Source of the DNA: Amoebidium appalachense
Lineage: Eukaryota > Protista > Ichthyosporea
NCBI GenBank assembly: GCA_963693365.1
Contig: CAVNZM010000004.1
Coordinates: 13,005,088 to 13,069,087, forward strand
DNA: 64,000 nt
Direction: 5' to 3'
Shown: positions 61,649 to 64,000 of the stretch, one piece after another
Position numbering within the stretch: position 1 is the stretch's first letter
Layout of the letters: each line of letters opens with the position of its first letter
The notes under the pieces: model-generated
What the model saw: the letters and a program-made list of their open reading frames with translations, nothing else
Told to the model about the DNA's origin: nothing
Database searches by the model: none
Program-made: the position numbers and the translations under genes

Positions 61649-61962
61649 CTCTCCCCCCTCCCCACACACACAAAAAAAAATCACACCAAAGTTTGAAACA
61701 CACACACACAAGCACCATCAAATTTGGCGCATACACTTGCAATGAGCAAGTTGTTGACAACGTGTCGCATTTGCATCCAAACACACAGAAAACTCTCTCT
61801 CCGACTGATTTGTGGTACGTACACAATGATCTTTTCGTCACGTATGGGATTTTCAAGCCAAGCATGCTCTTCGGTTCTTTTTTTGCAGGACCAGAAAGAT
61901 TCTGGCACCTCTGGGTCAGTGCGTACATGTCGACGTCTAAGTTGTGCACCGGAAGACACACG

Positions 61963-62020
<58 letters not shown>

Positions 62021-62709
62021 TTCCCCCCCCCCTACGTAGCTTCCCCCCCTACGTAGCTTCCCATACAGCCTCGAGATCATGGCTAGTATGCACCAGAAGA
62101 AACGGACTCCGGGCTCCCTGAGCAACCCCCCCCCCACCCTTCCCTCCCCTCCCGTTAGTTATCTCCGTACCAAGCCGGCGCTTTTGAGTCTGAGTTACTA
62201 GTGCCAGATCTAGAAAAAGACTCTCCTCCCCGGCCCCTTCTGGCGCCCGGGGGCCCGCTGTTCCCCAGTTGCCCACAAAAGCCCCATGCTTACATGTCTA
62301 GGTTATGGACCAGAAGAACCCTTTGCCCTCGGAGTCCCCTGTCCCGTTACTTGGTTTTCCCACAAAGCCTCATGCTTATATGTCTGAACTTTGAAAGGTT
62401 TTGCACCAGAAGAAAATGCACATACACAGTTACACACCCCACATAGGGGTCCGGCACACATACAAACTGCAACAGTGACACCGTTACTTTAAATATACCG
62501 TTGACACATCATTTATTCGGAGGGGCAGAACCCGTGCTGCCCCCATTTCTCCACCAGTAAATTTACAAAAAAGACCCACACAGCTATTTACTTAGAAATC
62601 CACACGTGTACATGTGAGCCTCAATATATCTATTTTTTTTTCTTCTTTTTTTTCTTTTTTCCCCCCTCCGGCACACCTAGCAAACCCTAAGTCCCACCCC
62701 TCTAGTAAT

Positions 62710-62871
62710 CTAGCGTGTCAGCTGTGCCGGGCTAATGTGCAGGCCCATGGGTGCGTCCTTGCCAATCTCAGCCAGGTTGCACACAGTGCACAGCTTGCCC
62801 TTGTGCTCGGGCAGGTACGTGGCCTGGCAGTAGGGGCACTTGGTGCTGGGCCGTCCCTTGTAGATGGCCAC
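62710..62871 (-). CDS. COPA: Last coding exon of coatomer subunit alpha (rest of the gene lies beyond the window end)
   Basis: After a tgcag acceptor it encodes VAIYKGRPSTKCPYCQATYLPEHKGKLCTVCNLAEIGKDAPMGLHISPAQLTR*. This matches the alpha-COP C-terminal pattern IY.G.P..KCP....Y.PE.KG..C.V....EIGK...GL.IS..Q. The exon is below the ORF-track length cutoff. Confidence 0.88.
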   Translation of the reverse strand: MAIYKGRPSTKCPYCQATYLPEHKGKLCTVCNLAEIGKDAPMGLHISPAQLTR

Positions 62872-62979
62872 CTGCACACACCCTTGTCAGCGTGTATGCG
62901 TGTACGTGTGTGTGCAGCACTGTGTGCATGTGTGTGTGTGTGTACATGCCTTCCCTGTGTTGGGCCGGGGCGGGTGCAA

Positions 62980-63013
<34 letters not shown>

Positions 63014-63125
63014 TGAATGCGGAACACGGTACGAAGTACGCATACACGATGAGAAGCATGGTGCAGGACACATGCAAAGGCAAACATTCAAGTATGCAAC
63101 ATCAGCCATGCGCACAGTATGCGTC

Positions 63126-63284
63126 ATAAGCAGAGCCCATCCTCAGGGAGGGCCCAAGTCATCAATTGCGTCTGAGTTTCGACCCCTTAGCCCGCGTATA
63201 TACGACTCTCCAACTCAGACAGCAGCATCAACTGAACTTGGGAGGGTCAACCCGTCTTGATCAAGAACGAGCAGGGTTGCTTAT
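63126..63284 (-). ncRNA. Putative structured intronic RNA, copy 1 (kink-turn + pseudoknot; family unknown)
   Basis: Terminal stem AUAAGCA/UGCUUAU, hairpin with UGAUCA loop, long stem CCCAAG..UCA-GUU-GAU / UGA-UGACUUGGG containing a K-turn, GUCUGAGUU/AACUCAGAC, and a GACCCU/GGGGUC pseudoknot. Confidence 0.65.
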
Positions 63285-63518
63285 GCAAGCAAGGTGAGCA
63301 AAACGGTGAAGATGTGTGTGCAAACTAAACCAGTGCAGCGAAAAATGTGTATGTGCTTACAGATGCACGACACAGAGCAACCATGCCCGGTTGCATGGAA
63401 GTAAAGCGGTCTGGGGGGGGGGGGGGGGGGGGTTTGAATGCGTCAAAAAGTACGAAGTACACAAGAACAAACGGATAACACGATGCAGAATGCAAGCCAT
63501 ACATAAAGAGTATGCATA

Positions 63519-63672
63519 ATAAGCAGAGCCCATCCTCAGGGGGGGCAACACGTCATCCACAGTACCCGAGTTTCGACCTATTCCCCTCGTTAACGATATC
63601 CAACTCAGATACTGTTTCACTTGAACATGAGTAGGTCACCCGTCTTGATCAGAGACGAGCAGGGTTGCTTAT
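63519..63672 (-). ncRNA. Putative structured intronic RNA, copy 2
   Basis: Same architecture with different stem sequences: ACAGUAUCUGAGUU/AACUCGGGUACUGU (14 bp, two G-U), K-turn UCA-AGU-GAA / GGA-UGA, pseudoknot GACCUA/UAGGUC. Confidence 0.65.
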
Positions 63673-64000
63673 GCAGGCAAGGGCAGTGGGAAAGGCCGGG
63701 GGTTAAAGTTGCAGCAGTAAGCAGAAGCAAGAAAAATATAGGGGGGAGACTAAGAGGTAGCAAGAAGCACGGGTCTACATGTGCATGTGTGACTGTGTGA
63801 GTGGGGAGAAGGCAGAGATGGGAATACATGTAGCATTGTAAGGGTTTTGCAAATTCAGTCCACTTGAAAGTAATTTTGGGCTTTATTACCACTGCGAGTC
63901 CACCAACCTCGTGAGGAACTTCTATGTGCCCGGATGCATGGGCGGAAGAGCGTTGGTGTGTGTGTGTGTGTGTGTGTGGGTGGGGGGGGGGGGGGGGGGG

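Noticed and set aside
63361-63410. Possible 50-nt minus-strand exon between the two RNA copies (cccag...GTAAGC)
   Set aside because: No frame resembles the expected preceding COPA sequence. It could be a cryptic or poison exon but is unsupported without RNA data.
63126-63672. Identifying the duplicated RNA as a hammerhead, SECIS, TPP riboswitch, U1/U3 or HDV-like ribozyme
   Set aside because: CUGAGGA and GAAAC are present but stems II and I cannot form in the hammerhead arrangement. There is no apical AA or 3'UTR location for SECIS, and the TPP, U1, U3 and HDV core motifs are missing or out of order. This was judged by eye only, so an Rfam scan is still needed.

Overview
Intron-rich eukaryotic DNA, possibly from a unicellular opisthokont or holozoan (inference only). 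Non-coding DNA is saturated with poly-G/poly-C runs and (CA)n/(GT)n/(GA)n microsatellites, so most entries in the ORF track are spurious. By-eye exon assembly gives, in order: a 5'-truncated DNA polymerase theta gene (+, 461-21499); a degenerate long inverted repeat (22835-25025); a two-domain GT25-like + B4GALNT-like glycosyltransferase (+); a pepsin-family aspartic protease (-); a decayed M60/TCAF-like metallopeptidase (-) beside a truncated non-LTR reverse transcriptase (-); a 15-exon PFKFB gene (+) with a GC-AG intron, a long insertion and a C-terminal C2H2 finger; an intronless orphan ORF (+); and the last exon of coatomer alpha (COPA, -). The most notable feature is a pair of diverged ~155-nt copies of an unrecognised structured RNA in the presumed last COPA intron. 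Both copies keep a kink-turn and a pseudoknot through compensatory changes and G-U pairs on the COPA sense strand.
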